Assembly (NCBI GenBank): GCA_002633005.1
Contig: NMRA01000593.1
Location: 194,880-258,879, forward strand
Length of the DNA: 64,000 bases
Source of the DNA: Phoronis australis
Taxonomy: Eukaryota; Animalia; Phoronida
Reading direction: 5' to 3'
The notes under the pieces are model-generated. The model was not told where the DNA came from, made no database searches, and saw nothing but the letters and a program-made list of their open reading frames with translations. The number at the start of each line of letters is the position of its first letter. The stretch's first letter is position 1. The translations under genes were made by a program, and so were the position numbers. Positions 40,401 to 53,102 of this stretch are shown one piece after another.

Positions 40401-43400
40401 GGACTGTCGGATATTATTGATAAATTGAAGACGTTACTGTAGAATTTTAGAACCGTAGGTAAGGCATTTTTCGCACGTACACGTTCATGGGCTGGGTGCT
40501 TATTTTAGCAAAGTCTGAAAATGCGTGGGGGGCGTTTACAGGGGCATGGACGGTTATTAGGACGAATATTGCAGTTTTCAAGCCAAAAAAGCAACTGGTT
40601 CTCGTCTATATCTGACTCCTTTTTTGAGACCTGTGCCCACTGCAGCAAAGGTAAGCAAGATTTGAAACGCCATCATTTGCCAAGTAATGCACGGGGTAGT
40701 GCTCGAAAAGTTAACAGAGCTTATTTTAGCTAATCACATGTACTGGAACATTTGAAAGGCATCGTTATCATTATACTGCTACACATTGCAATACTTATTA
40801 ACGTGACTTTCACCACTAGCCGACTACATTTATGCTTCTGTCAGTTATGTATAATAAATTACTCCATTCCACCCTGCTCCAGTTCATTTCTTTCTTTGCG
40901 GCTCCTGTCGGTTGTTTTTGCTGCCCTCTCCTGTGATTTGAGCAAACTTACCGTGGAGCCACCTTGGACTGACCCGTCTCCCAAGCTATTCCTTACCACC
41001 ACCCAGCGTGATCTGCTTCTCAGTTTATTGTCAAAACGATAAAGGCATGCTTTTGAATGTCAAAAAATTATTAAAAGGTAAACATTCTCAAATTTGTGAC
41101 TGTGAAAGATTAATTAATTTGCTCTCAAGGCCAGAGCTTGTACCAAATTTTAGAAACAGGCAATACTGGCCATCCCAAATTCAAGAATTACCATAAATAC
41201 GGTAAAATAATAATTAACTGCCAAATCTTATTTTCAGACTCTGCTGATAAAAAATACTGTGTCTGAAATTTGAGAAAAATGATGTCCCAATCTGCAGAAT
41301 CAAGAAAATTCAATTTCTGCTGGAACATCGGTGTCCCAAGTTTTAGAGACTGTCCCAAATTGGAAAATTTTTTGCTAAATTGATTTTAAGCCACACTTGA
41401 CATTACATCCAACTGGTAGCTTCTGCAGTCACATTTTTGGAAACGAAGCATATCAAAACATTGTTCAGTCACAGACTTTCATTCAGTGCCACAAATTTAC
41501 AAAAAGAATCCTGTCTTTCGTGGCAATTTTGATGGCCAATTCCTGGCCTCATTTACTCTGTTCCAAAGTTGCAGACAGGTATGGTAGGGTCACGAGAAAC
41601 TGTGCAAATGACCTAGTTTTTCCATATATGGCATAGTGTAGGTTGACTCACTGCAGTAGTAGTAGTATTTATTTATTATAGTGACAAGTACAATTAATTC
41701 AAATAGTTATAGGTATATAACATTCCTTTAAGAAAGACAAGTACCCAGCCCAGTTGGGCTTATTAGTTACTTTAACCACACAACGCAGATGTAGGCCTAC
41801 CATAAATGCGTCGGTTTCTAAGTTCAAAAGCAGACTTGATATATTTAGCAAATTGCCTACGGAAATACTGAAATAGGAGTTTTAACATGTCTAATCTACT
41901 GAAATCTGCCAACTGAGTTCGGGATTTAAAGTGAAACATTATTAAACAAAATAGACCTCCGTGCGTTATAAAGAGAACAATCAAACACAAAGTGTAGCTC
42001 ATCCTCCACAGAACCAGAGTCACAACACAAGCAAAGTCTTTCACTTACAGGAATGTTTACATAACGACTAGTTTCCAAGTGCCATGGGAGATTTCCTGCT
42101 CTAAGTTGAGCCAGAGGAGGTCGCTCAGAACAAAATAAATTAATCTTTACATACGGCTCAGTTAGAAACTCGTGCTAAAATAAAATGTAGTTTCTTAACT
42201 TGGGTATTTTTACAAAAGACTCAGTTCAAGCATGTTTCGCGTATTCAATTAGTTTGTTTCTAGCGTCTACTATATTACAAGTAGTCAAATTTTGAAAACA
42301 GGATTGCATGCCAGTTATGTTAAACAAATTTTTGATTCCGTCTATCCAACCCTTTCAACCAACAGAGTAGTCCCATAGAAAAAATACCTTCTTCAGTAAC
42401 CTATCACCACCTGTGGTTACTAGTTTGTTCCAAAGACGCAGCATGTTCAATTTAAATCTATTTCTGGTGGAGTTCCACCCCATATCGCCACTAACAGCAT
42501 GAGTGGCTGTAAATCGGTTGACCCCTAAATACAAAACGCATAGCTCTCTTTTGAATATTTTCGTCATTACCAAAATTTTTGTAACCCCAAACAGATGACT
42601 CGTAATCCAAAATTGGTGTCACACACGAATTCAATAATGTTTTAAACGTTTCGAATCCTAGATTCTTGTTATCACGGAATGTTGAGCATATCTTCCCTAA
42701 TTCTTTACCAGAAGCTTCAGATAACGTACTCAAATTGTCTTTGAATTTAAAAGAGAACAACTTCAAAGTTATTATTGGCTAATACTGCCCTGACCCAATA
42801 CCTGAGAAACTTTGGCAGGCTTTTGTACGTCCATTTATGATGCCGCTGGTTAAAAACGATGTGAAAGAGAACTTTGGCGAATGAAAATAAATTTCAAGAA
42901 TAAATTTGAGCTGAATAATTTGTATTTTTCCACACAAAATACTGTACAGAGCATTCTGTATGACAATCTATAACAAATACAGAAAATTTACGCAGCCACC
43001 TGTAAGACAGCTGCATAAATGATTGTTGACAAATCACCATAAGTAGCCATAGAAATATTCAATGCACTTGGGTGCAAGGGTACCTAGGCAGCAACACCAG
43101 ATGGTTTGTAAACGAAAGCAGTTTTTAAGGGTGCCTACTGTCAGTTAAGTACTAGCCCATCTATCACTACAGGAGGAATGCTACAGGCATGTGTTGTCGC
43201 CAAGACTACCTCCCTCTGGCAGCCTTGCCCCACCCCAAATTGGTTAAAAATCCAGCATCATTTTTGTTCATCTCCAGTGGACTCTGTTTTGAAAATGTGA
43301 GCAACTCAAAAAAATCGTGAAACTGATCAGAACTGTCTGTGCTCTTTTGACCTAAAGGAAATCCACATGCAGCAAAAAGTTAATGGAGAATTTTAAGTAT

Positions 43401-46400
43401 GGTTGACTAAAATTCAATGGATGGTTGCTGAACACTTCTAAATAATAAAAAAAACTTCTATTTTTTTCTAACAATGTCATTTTTAAGATTAGTTGGCAAC
43501 CTTATCAGTAAAAAGATAACTCCAGTTTCATGCAGCATTCTTGTATTGCATTTCTTTGATTGAAATTTTGTAATGCATTTCACGCGCACAATTTCTAGTT
43601 GTTGCAGATCATTTCAGCTGCCACTTTAATACCATTTGACTTGTTTTATTGCAGTGAGGACAATCAATTTTTCTATGGCATGCAGGTAGAAGTTATTTTA
43701 TGCCTGAGGGAAACTTGTCTTACTTATGATTTTCCCTCAAACAACAGATATATTTTAGTCATCATATTATGATAGATTTCAATATAAAAACTGTGTTAAG
43801 CTCTGCGTAATAAACCTTTCCACCAGGGGTTTATCCATTAGATTTCAAAAACGGGACATCCGAAATGGATTTCCCAATATCTCAGGGAATACATGATTAA
43901 CGCATGTAACTACATTTGCGTGAACTCAAATCCAATATATTATAGTGTGGCCGCAACATGGTTTTGTAAAGCTTTCATACCTTACACCATTTCAAAATCT
44001 TTTTTTAATCTGGACAGGCCAATGAGCCCCCAGACCTGTTGCTACCAAGTGGGTAGAAACACCAGTACTCACTTGCATACTTTACTTGTTACCGTATTAT
44101 TAATGTGACATTTAAAATGAGGGTGGCCTCTTCAGTGATAGCACTGCTTTCCAAGAGGGCCCTCAACAAGAAAAATAGTAATATAATACAATAAAGTAAT
44201 AAAACAACAATGAAATATACAGAACAAAGATACAATTAAAACAGGTTGAGAATTAAGACAATAACTAAATGACAAATAATGGTAAAAATTTAACTAAGAC
44301 AGATGAAATAAATTAAGATGATTCTAGACAATGAGAGTATTTACGACAATGAAAAAAATGACATGATTAAGACAGGCAGGGCGTCCAAATGCTGAACAGA
44401 GAGTCCAAGTGGACACCCTGGACACCTTATAAATGAAGACCTATAGTGGAATATGTCCCAAAATTCATGCCAGTTGTACCCTTCTCAATAGGAACACATA
44501 TGGAATTTCAAGAAAACCCATCAAGGAAGTTGGTAGATATTCAGTACCAAAGAAAGGTAATTGCAGATGGACGGTAATATGACATAGCATACACAGAACT
44601 AAGTGGGTTAATAAAAAGTTGACGAAAATTCATCTTGTCGAAAATCAGTGAAAATATTCTTCTGACTGCTTTCATAACAAAAGTAATTTTCATCATGGTT
44701 TCGTTTTGGGTTTTCGCCATAATAGTCCGGGAGCCAAATGCTGTTTTTTTACTTAACCTGGATTTGTCGGATAAAGTTTTTTCTTTGCTGTTTCATGTAG
44801 CCTAGGCATAGTAAATCATGATTTAGGGGGGGTGACTGATCGCAACCCTTGAGAATTTTTTAAAATATGCAAATTAAGATCGCCATTATGCAAAATTCTA
44901 TTTTTACTTATGATTTCCCTACCAAGCACTGTAGCCAGATAATTTTGACGTTTTTACCTATGTTTTCATAGTCAATGAGTTTAATAGTACAAGTGTTTTC
45001 GTGAATACATTGTCAGTTTGCATAATTTATGCAAATTAAGGCCGTCATTATGCAAAATTCTATTTTTGCTTATAATTTCCTTACCAAGCACTGCAGGCAG
45101 GTTATTTTGATGCTTTCACCCATGTTTCCATGGTCAACAAATTTAATAGTGAAAGTTTTTGGGTGGATACATCGTCAATTTGCATAATTTATGCAAATTA
45201 AAGCCGTCGTTATTAAAAATTTTACTTGTTCTAATAGCCATGGCACCAATCACCACACGTGAATTATCATGATATTTGCATCTGTTTCTATGGTCAATTA
45301 GTTTAGCGAAATCATGCATGTTGTTGTATGATAAATTTGCATAATTAATGCAAATTAAGGCCACCATTATTCAAACTTATATTTTGTGTAAAAAAAGCCT
45401 TACCAAGCACCTCAGACAACTTATTTTAATGTTTTCACCTGTACTTCCATGGTCAGTGAATTTAATGGACCTCGTTTACTGCAGGATACATCGTGAATTT
45501 GCATAATATCTGCAAATTAAGGTTGCCATTATTCAAAATTCTACTTTTGCTTATAGCTGAAGTACCAGGCACCCCAAGTTAACTATTTTAATGTCTACCC
45601 AATGTTTCAGTGAAATCAATTGGCAAGTTGATGAATTTTCATACAAATAAAGAACACCAGTATTCCAAATACTGTTTCTGCATATAATTTCCTTACGGGC
45701 ATTAAATGTAGATTATTTTCAATTTTTTCTCAAGTTTTCGTGAATTTGCATAATTGATGAATTACACAAATAACAACTGTCATATTCAAAATTCTGCTTG
45801 TGCTAATAACTGCTGCATCAGACCCCAGAGGTTAGTTAAAAATATTTGCACACATGTTTCAGTGGTCAATGAATTTAATGAAATCTGCTTGCAGGTTGTA
45901 GCATGGTAAATTTGCAGAATCTCCTTTTTCATGATGAAATAAGAAAATATTTGGTGTAGCGTGTGTTCTGCAGTTTGAGACTTCAAATTCCAAGAAAGAT
46001 GTTGCCTACGACGTATTTCCCTACGCTCCCAGAGACCATAGAAAAAACACAGATTAGGTTAATGACTTGGGTGAATGCTAGAATGGGGCTCGGAGCGATC
46101 AGTTTACAGGGACCCCATTCATGAGGTACGAAAACATTAGTGAGGGTATAGTAGATGAGACTCTTAAGCATTGGACACAAGTTGCCATTTGTCCTACAAA
46201 ATTGAAACTGATCTTGGAAAGATGGAGAGCGGTCAACATTAGATCTTGTACTAAAACCTATCACACGGAAGAAAGTAAGGCACGTCTTGATGCACAAACC
46301 CAGGATATTGCACGAATCTATCAAAAGTAGATACCAGCATCGATCTATTGGTTCACTAGGTCCATCCCAAAGAGGCAGTAGTGAACATTAGCAGGGACAG

Positions 46401-49400
46401 GATTGCTACTCAAACAGCTAATGTAGAACTATGTAAAACAATAAGCATGGGACAAGCAATGTTATCAGAAAGGCTAGCAGTATGTTAAAAACACAAGTAG
46501 GTAATCACTGATGAAGATCCTTGTCCCTTGATATAGTACAAGGACAATGGAGACATCCCATGAAGAAGTTAGCTCCATTATTGTGCCACATGACGTGAAA
46601 TGTGCATATTATGAATTTAACAAATTTCAGGTTGTTTCGGATGACAAAAATGTGTTTGTCAGCTTCAAATACCATAACCATGAAATAACAAAAAGCGTAG
46701 AACAGTCGGAGACATAAAGTTAACACTGGAAACATGTAGCGATATTATGAAAGTCTCCTGATCTCTGCCCATGCGCTGTAGGGGTGTAACACATTGGCAT
46801 GCTACTATGGAGTTGGAAAGGAATCCATCGTTAAAATATTGAAGGCTGGACATGAGCTGTCTGGCATGGGCACTCGGCTTATTAATGCACATTTTTCTGA
46901 TAAAACAGGAAACTAAATGTATATGTGGCTGTTATGGAATGATAGAGAATCAGGAAGATGACAACAGAAGCATTTCACAGACAATGTAAATGTTAACAGA
47001 GCCCATTACCAGTCAGTCACGTGGTGGAATGTCACCAGCACTAGACCCAGAGGACTATGGATGGAAGAAAGATGCCATAAACAAATCACTCTCACCATCT
47101 ATAATTCTGCATGGTGTACTATTGCATACTGGCGATGATTAGGTGTGACTGCAAAGGTCAGATTTCATGAAGAACATACTATCGCAGTGTCAACTTTCTA
47201 CCCTGCACAATATTTTGGGCACCCTATACTGTAGTGTGCTCACATTCCAAGTGTTGAATTAGCATTTGAAACGTCTTGTGACTGGTCTCCATAAGATAGG
47301 TTATGTCCTGGGTTTATGTCTACTACATATACCCTGGGTATCAGACAAAACTAGAATTTGTAATGTTGTGTAAAAAAATACTGACAGATCATTTATGATG
47401 TAATGACAGATTACATTAAATTCATCAGTAAAAATACCAAAATAATCTACATGTAGTGCGCCCTCCCCCCGTAAGAAAGTTACGAGCAGAAATAGAATTT
47501 TTAATAAATTATGATAATTTATCATGCAACTTGCAAACTGATTTCATTAACCTAATTGACCATAGGAACATAGGTTCAAATATCATGAGAGTTTAACTGT
47601 GATGCTTGGTACCGCAGCTATAAGCACAAGTAGAATTTTGAATAATGATGCCCTTAATTTGCATTAGTTATGCATATGCAAATTTATCACGCAACAACGT
47701 GCAAACCGATTTCATTAAACTAATTGACCAAAAGAATATAGGTGCAAAAATCATGATAGTTCATCTGTGGTGCCTGGTACAGTAGCTATAAGCACGAGAA
47801 GAATTTTGAATAATGACGGCCTTAATTTGTATAAATTATGCAAATTGACAATGCATTCACGAAAAAACTGCCACTATTAAATTCGTTGACCATGGAAACA
47901 TCGGTAAAAACGTCAAAATTATCTGGGTGCAGCGCTTGGTAAGGAAATTATATGAAAAAATAGAATTTTGCATAATGGCGACCTTAATTTGCATATTTAA
48001 AAAAATGCTCAAGGGTTGCAAACGGTCATCCCCCTAAATCATGGTTACTTAACCCTAGGCTACATGAAACAGCAAAAAAAAACTTTCGGGCAAAACCAGG
48101 TTCAACCCCCCGGCTCCTGGACTATAACTTCATCGAAATACGTCAACTTTTTTGGAAACCACTTCACTATACTTTTCAATTCTACTTACCGTTCGTGGTG
48201 TATCAGGAGTCTGCACATAGGACTCATCCGAGACGGACCCTACGCTGTCCACTTCCATGGACGCCAGATATGAGAGCTCAGGAATATAGGGTGTAGGGTC
48301 AATGTAGCTGGTCAGACCAGGCACCTGGGAAATACATGAACAAAGTGAAGCTGAGGTCCTTTTTCAATTTCCATAACATCTCGCCATATTCAGATTCATT
48401 TTGGTGGACAAGTGAACTTTCATTTTTTTCTTTGTAAAAATAAAATTTAATATGATAATTTTTCACTTATTTAGCACAAAAAATGGGGCGACGTTGAAAT
48501 TCTGTTTTATTAAATTTGTCCACAAAATGTAGTTTCTACTGTGCAGATATCATAAACCAACTTTTGGTAACTTTTCCCTTATTTGTGGTAATCGGCCTTT
48601 GAAAAAAGTAAAAATGACAACTTTGGCAATATTTTTATGAATGCAAAAAAGTGGAGATCACTGCAATGTCTGCTTTATTAATTTTATAGTTCAACAGTCA
48701 GACAATGCACATTAAGACTCTCAAACAGGACTTTAAAAAATTCCTTGCCATTGATAACCTTGTTTTCAACACTTAGTCGGACTCACGATAACTTTCGATT
48801 CAACTGAAGTATTCACAAAGTGGAATGTCACTGGGTAGTCTTGTGATTTTGTGAATGTTTTTTGACTTGTAAAGCTCTGAAAGTTCTTCGTGACAAGGGA
48901 AAAATGTCCTACCATGGAAAGAAAAATTCTTTTAAGTGAAATTTCACAAAATAAAATTTGAATGTCCACCATATTGTGCCCCAAACTGAAGATTATTTCA
49001 CAGTGATAACAAGAAACAGTTCTATTCAATCATCAGTGCACACAGAACCCTGTTAGCAAATGAACTGGTACCTTGCACGCATGACACATTCAATCTCAAA
49101 TAAATAAAGGAGAGGGAGGGAGGGAGTAGGGGGGAGGGAGGGNNNNNNNNNNNNNNNNNNNNNNNNNNNNNNNNNNNNNNNNNNNNNNNNNNNNNNNNNN
49201 NNNNNNNNNNNNNNNNNNNNNNNNNNNNNNNNNNNNNNNNNNNNNNNNNNNNNNNNNNNNNNNNNNNNNNNNNNNNNNNNNNNNNNNNNNNNNNNNNNNN
49301 NNNNNNNNNNNNNNNNNNNNNNNNNNNNNNNNNNNNNNNNNNNNNNNNNNNNNNNNNNNNNNNNNNNNNNNNNNNNNNNNNNNNNNNNNNNNNNNNNNNN

Positions 49401-51332
49401 NNNNNNNNNNNNNNNNNNNNNNNNNNNNNNNNNNNNNNNNNNNNNNNNNNNNNNNNNNNNNNNNNNNNNNNNNNNNNNNNNNTGGATATTGGGAGGGAGG
49501 AGATAAAAAATTAAAATAACAGACAGAAGGAGGTACAGAGAAAAAACAAATAATTTATCAAGTTTTACTTTCACAGAACGACTACTTCCTCTTGTTGGTT
49601 TTAGGGAAATAACGAAAGTACCAACTACACTTTATTAGCAACTGTTTAATTAAGAGAGATCTCATTGAAAATGAAGCACAAAAAGTAAAAACAGCAGTGT
49701 TTGATACATTCTAGAGCTGAACGGACAGGACACAAACAGTGAATCAGACATAAAAACATAAGAGAGATATGAAACCTCAACACCAGAGAAGCAGACTTGA
49801 CCATGGTAAAACAACAAAACCAACTTTTGATAAGAACATTTATAGCTACAAAACTGGGCTGATTTCTGGGCTCAGAAAGAGCTGGCTAACTCTTGAAACT
49901 ACTCGGTGCATAAAACAGCCCACCATGACAATTCAACTCGCAACCTCAGGTCTCAAGCAATAACTGTCAGTTCTCGTAACCTCCAAATCAGCTCTAATCT
50001 GAGGAAGGGACAAAATGATACCAGTATTAAAATGATTAAACGTCTAACGGAAAAAGGTATCTTTAAAGAAGGCAGCCATATAGTCGTAGTCTAGTAGTTT
50101 AATCCATAATACTAGAACTTGGTAAGAAAAACATCGTTTAGATTTAACGGCATTTATAGTTACAAAAACTATTTTGTAATTTTTAGTGTCTTTTATCAAC
50201 ATTTCGAAGCAACTAAATACTAAATATTTTAACAATTAACTCGGTTATCCAAAACAAAACCAGTTCATCAACCTTTGTACTGTTTAACAAATGTGTATTT
50301 CGTCCTGTTCAAAAGGCTAAAAAACAATAATAGAATTAGGGTCTCAACTGTCATGAAATTAGACTCATGATAGTCTTTATTTTGAAAGGATTCTATTTTT
50401 GCTGCCAACATGAACACCAAAATCAACCCAAATAAACTCTGAAGCGAATAAACTCTGAAACGAATAAACTCTGAAGCAAATAAACTCTGAAGAGAATAAA
50501 CTCTGAAGCGTTTCCGTGTGTCACAGATGGTTTTGGTGTTCATGTTGGCAACAAAAATGGAATCTTGTCACAGTAAAGAATATTAGGCGACCGATTTTAT
50601 GTGAGTAGTAGACCCAATTCAATTTTCGTTTTTGGACATTACCAGACATTGCAGAATGTAGCTTTAACTTGGTACCTAAGAAAACTATTAAACAAAAATA
50701 GAGTAACTAATTCTAAAGTATACTACAAGAGCTTTCCACAAACAATTGATGAGTTTTTTTTGTCGTTGAGAATCGAGGAAAATTTAGAAGGAAAATTTTC
50801 TGGATAATTTTCAAATGAACAGTGTTATTTTTTGTTCGATTCCCGTCACAAAATTTGATGAACCAGGTGAATTTTGACGATATCATATTTCTTTGAAAAA
50901 CAACTACTAAAAGTATGTTAATGAGCTATAAATGATGAACCATACTGTTGGAACCTTTGCGACTAGTGTATATAAATATGTGTAGATGATTCACACAGAT
51001 TGATTGAAACTTACACAATGCCTTCACATACAAAAAAAATGAATAAAATATTTTCCTGAATTTCATAAAGCTATACAAGTACCAAACCATAGGAATATAT
51101 TAGTCAAGGGCTGTGCAGAACTACTGTAGTGAAAAATTCAACAGATGAGCCACTGTAATTTTCAGAAAATGTAAACTAATATAACAGAGAAAAACAAAAT
51201 GAAACCACAGAAAAATCACTAGGAGATAACTTAGTTAAACAATAAACGAGCAATTAACAAAAAATGTTATCTTACTTCATTGCAATAGATCGCTTGCAAG
51301 ATTTCCGAAAACTTGACATCCAGGATGCTCAT
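28408..51332 (-). CDS. Nuclear hormone receptor, NR1J (HR96/DAF-12/NHR-8; VDR/PXR/CAR-related), ~478 aa
   Basis: Core exons: 32688-32512 ([30 protein letters not shown]-box ESCKA), 30931-30814 (second zinc finger to GMKKDMIL), 30391-30224 (hinge), 29189-28408 (LBD: [26 protein letters not shown]-2 [12 protein letters not shown]). Upstream phase-0 exons are inferred at 48324-48190 (CCCAG acceptor, GTAAGT donor) and 51332-51276 ([19 protein letters not shown]|GTAAG). The core is very secure; the two 5' exons are moderately so. Confidence 0.88.
31163..31232 (-). repeat. tRNA-derived SINE head remnant
   Basis: Minus strand GTGTGGCCTAGTG...AAGGTCGTGGAACTGAGTCCCGC, with degenerate A and B boxes. 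Confidence 0.4.
34140..34230. repeat. Minisatellite, 31-bp unit x3
   Basis: CAGCAAATTTCAATAACA(T/C)GTTACAGTATGG repeated three times. Confidence 0.9.
38440..38500. repeat. Minisatellite, 20-bp unit x3
   Basis: ACAGCAAATCATTAGTATT(T/C) repeated three times. Confidence 0.9.
39178..40571 (+). mobile_element. Diverged Tc2-like element (relative of 53103-54101) with a nested second repeat (~39272-39925)
   Basis: Starts TA|CCATATTCACCCTAATAACC and ends GGTTATTAGGACGAATATTG. 39180-39270 and 40230-40570 align with the two ends of the 53-kb element, and the interior matches the 10.2-11.5-kb repeat. Confidence 0.65.
41655..42770 (-). mobile_element. 5'-truncated non-LTR retrotransposon (RTE-X-like) 3' end, frameshifted
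   Basis: Minus-strand peptides [14 protein letters not shown]...[19 protein letters not shown]...RLWNKL and [16 protein letters not shown]...[25 protein letters not shown] (C-terminal CCHC-type motif); the element ends in AATAAA plus a (TAC)n tail near 41655-41675. Confidence 0.8.
44723..48124 (+). mobile_element. Decayed Academ DNA transposon with long TIRs, subterminal tandem repeats and 3-bp TSD (TAA)
   Basis: Termini TAGTCCGGGAGCC...GGCTCCTGGACTA; TAA at 44720-44722 and 48125-48127; several hundred bp of inverted homology with ~160-bp subterminal repeats (TTATGCAAATTAAGGCCG...); internal transposase remnants. Confidence 0.85.
46000..47230 (+). pseudogene. Academ transposase/XPG-like nuclease remnants with Cys-rich tail
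   Basis: Interrupted peptides [69 protein letters not shown]...DPEDYGWKK and IRCDCK match the HEEAD / DTDV / HALSGCDT..GIGK / RA.YQ..W..YGW motifs of AcademX proteins. Confidence 0.8.
49143..49482. other. Assembly gap (340 N) flanked by GGGA-rich sequence
   Basis: Run of N. Confidence 1.
50340..50625. mobile_element. Inverted-repeat MITE enclosing a 16-bp minisatellite (x5)
   Basis: ATTCTATTTTTGCTGCCAACATGAACACCAAAA / TTTTGGTGTTCATGTTGGCAACAAAAATGGAAT arms surround AATAAACTCTGAAGCG-type units at 50431-50510. A related arm sequence occurs near 52530-52810. Confidence 0.65.
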
Positions 51333-51386
51333 TGTGCCGACAGGAAGTAGAAACTCAAGTTTCTGGCAACTTTCAGGCCTATCTTG

Positions 51387-51395
51387 CTATATAAA
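51387..51395 (-). promoter_or_regulatory. Candidate TATA box of the nuclear receptor gene
   Basis: Minus strand TTTATATAG, about 55-60 bp upstream of ATG 51332 of the inferred first exon. Confidence 0.4.
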
Positions 51396-51590
51396 CCCTC
51401 AGTAAGAATTGTCCCTCATAATTAGTATTCACATTCTCACAACAGTCATGGCGGTGGCATGAGTGATAGAAATAGTACTGTCAGTGAATGAATCTTCACC
51501 TGGATGTAACACTGACAAAATTATTAATAAGTTGTTCAAATTCTGACCATTATCAACCAAAACAAAGGATTATTCTGCAAAGTACTGGGG

Positions 51591-51610
51591 CGACCTTTGA
51601 CCTTTGACAC
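51591..51610 (-). promoter_or_regulatory. Tandem DR1 nuclear-receptor response element upstream of the NR1J gene
   Basis: Minus strand GTGTCA-A-AGGTCA-A-AGGTCG: three half-sites with 1-bp spacers, about 200 bp upstream of the TATA candidate. Confidence 0.5.
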
Positions 51611-53102
51611 CTCCCATTGCCAATTCAACTCACCAGTAATCAGATTACATAAAAATATACACAAAACCATGCTCCAAAAGATTGGAGCTGTTTTTTGAAA
51701 TTTTCATTCCTTTGCTGTGGAAGAAGAGTGACATGCTGAAAATAATGTCAAACTATTTTTTTCTGTGGATCAATGAAAAAAAATTTATTATTATTATTTT
51801 TATTCAATTGTTATAAAATGAGAGTGACATGATATAAACAATGACTGACTATTGCATCTTTCTGTGATTGCAAAAACAACACATTCTATTGTTTCTTATT
51901 CCTTTGTTGCGAGATGAAAGCACCAATCTGTAAATAATGTACAACTATTTTTCTGTGGAACAATGCAAGTGACTGCATTTTTATTCCTTTAATATAACTT
52001 GAGAAGTCAATCAGCAATTAAACGGCTTCATTTTTTATGTGTATCGATGCAACATTTTTATTCATGCTGTAAATAATTCAAAACTAATTTTTAAAAAGGA
52101 TCAATGCAAACACACGATCCACTGGCTCATGCTACATTTGCACATTTGACCATGAATAAAAACAAAACAACAAAAAGGTACCATTATATTTAATCATAGA
52201 GACTTTATCGCTATAAATGAGCCACCATGAGAACTTAACCCAAATTGAAACTGCAAAAAACTCCTTTTTTCTCTCAATTCTAAATCACAAGTACCAGCAG
52301 CCTTTAATATTCATTCATCTATCAGAGAACGCATATGGTAAAAAAGAAAACGGTTAACCCGTAACAGGAAATGAACAAGAAATTACATCTGTTCGCAGTA
52401 TCACCAAGTTCTTTTCAAAGGAAGCAAGACACATGTCTGAGGACCTTACTGACTAGGAAAAGATCTATTTCACACTGTTTGGCTGACTAAGAAACAAAAA
52501 TTAAATTAGGAATTTTACTTTCATAAAATTGGTCTCATAACATTCCTAACTAATTGAATGTATGTTACTCATCCTGTTAGGGCATAATGCAAAACAAAAC
52601 AAAAAATGAATCAATTTCTGGACGATCTCTGCAGAAGTCTCCACAGAGAAGTCCTGGAGATGGGGACGCTATGTTATCCTTTATATGAAGTAAGTCCAGA
52701 AAGTAACATTCCTAACTGTTAGGGATCTAGTTCCGCCCAATGCATGTTGTTCATGTTGGCAACCAAAATAGAATGTGTCCTAGGGAATGTTATGAGATTG
52801 ATTTTATGAGAGCAAACAGACCAAATAATTTTTGCTTTCAGTCAGAGTAACGGGGCAAAATGCACCTTCGACCTAAACAGTACGATTTTTCGTTTTCAAT
52901 TTCATATGTGACTCGGGGACCACTGTCTGCATATTATGACTGTTGTATATGACTTTTTACCTCAAACTCATGTCAAAATCACTGTCTAACATATTTTAGA
53001 AAGGTGTCATGTCAGCATTGTTGAGTGTTCATCTTGAACATTTGGATCAAATAAAATTTGGTCTTCGCCATTGATACTGTTGCTCTACAATGAATGAATG
53101 TA

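Noticed and set aside
40952-41012. Extra coding exon of the nuclear receptor (good ACG|GTAAGT donor)
   Set aside because: The nearest acceptor gives 61 nt with an in-frame stop, and the open frame has no ATG. At most a non-coding alternative exon.
49053-49574. 173-aa ORF
   Set aside because: Artefact of translating through the N gap.
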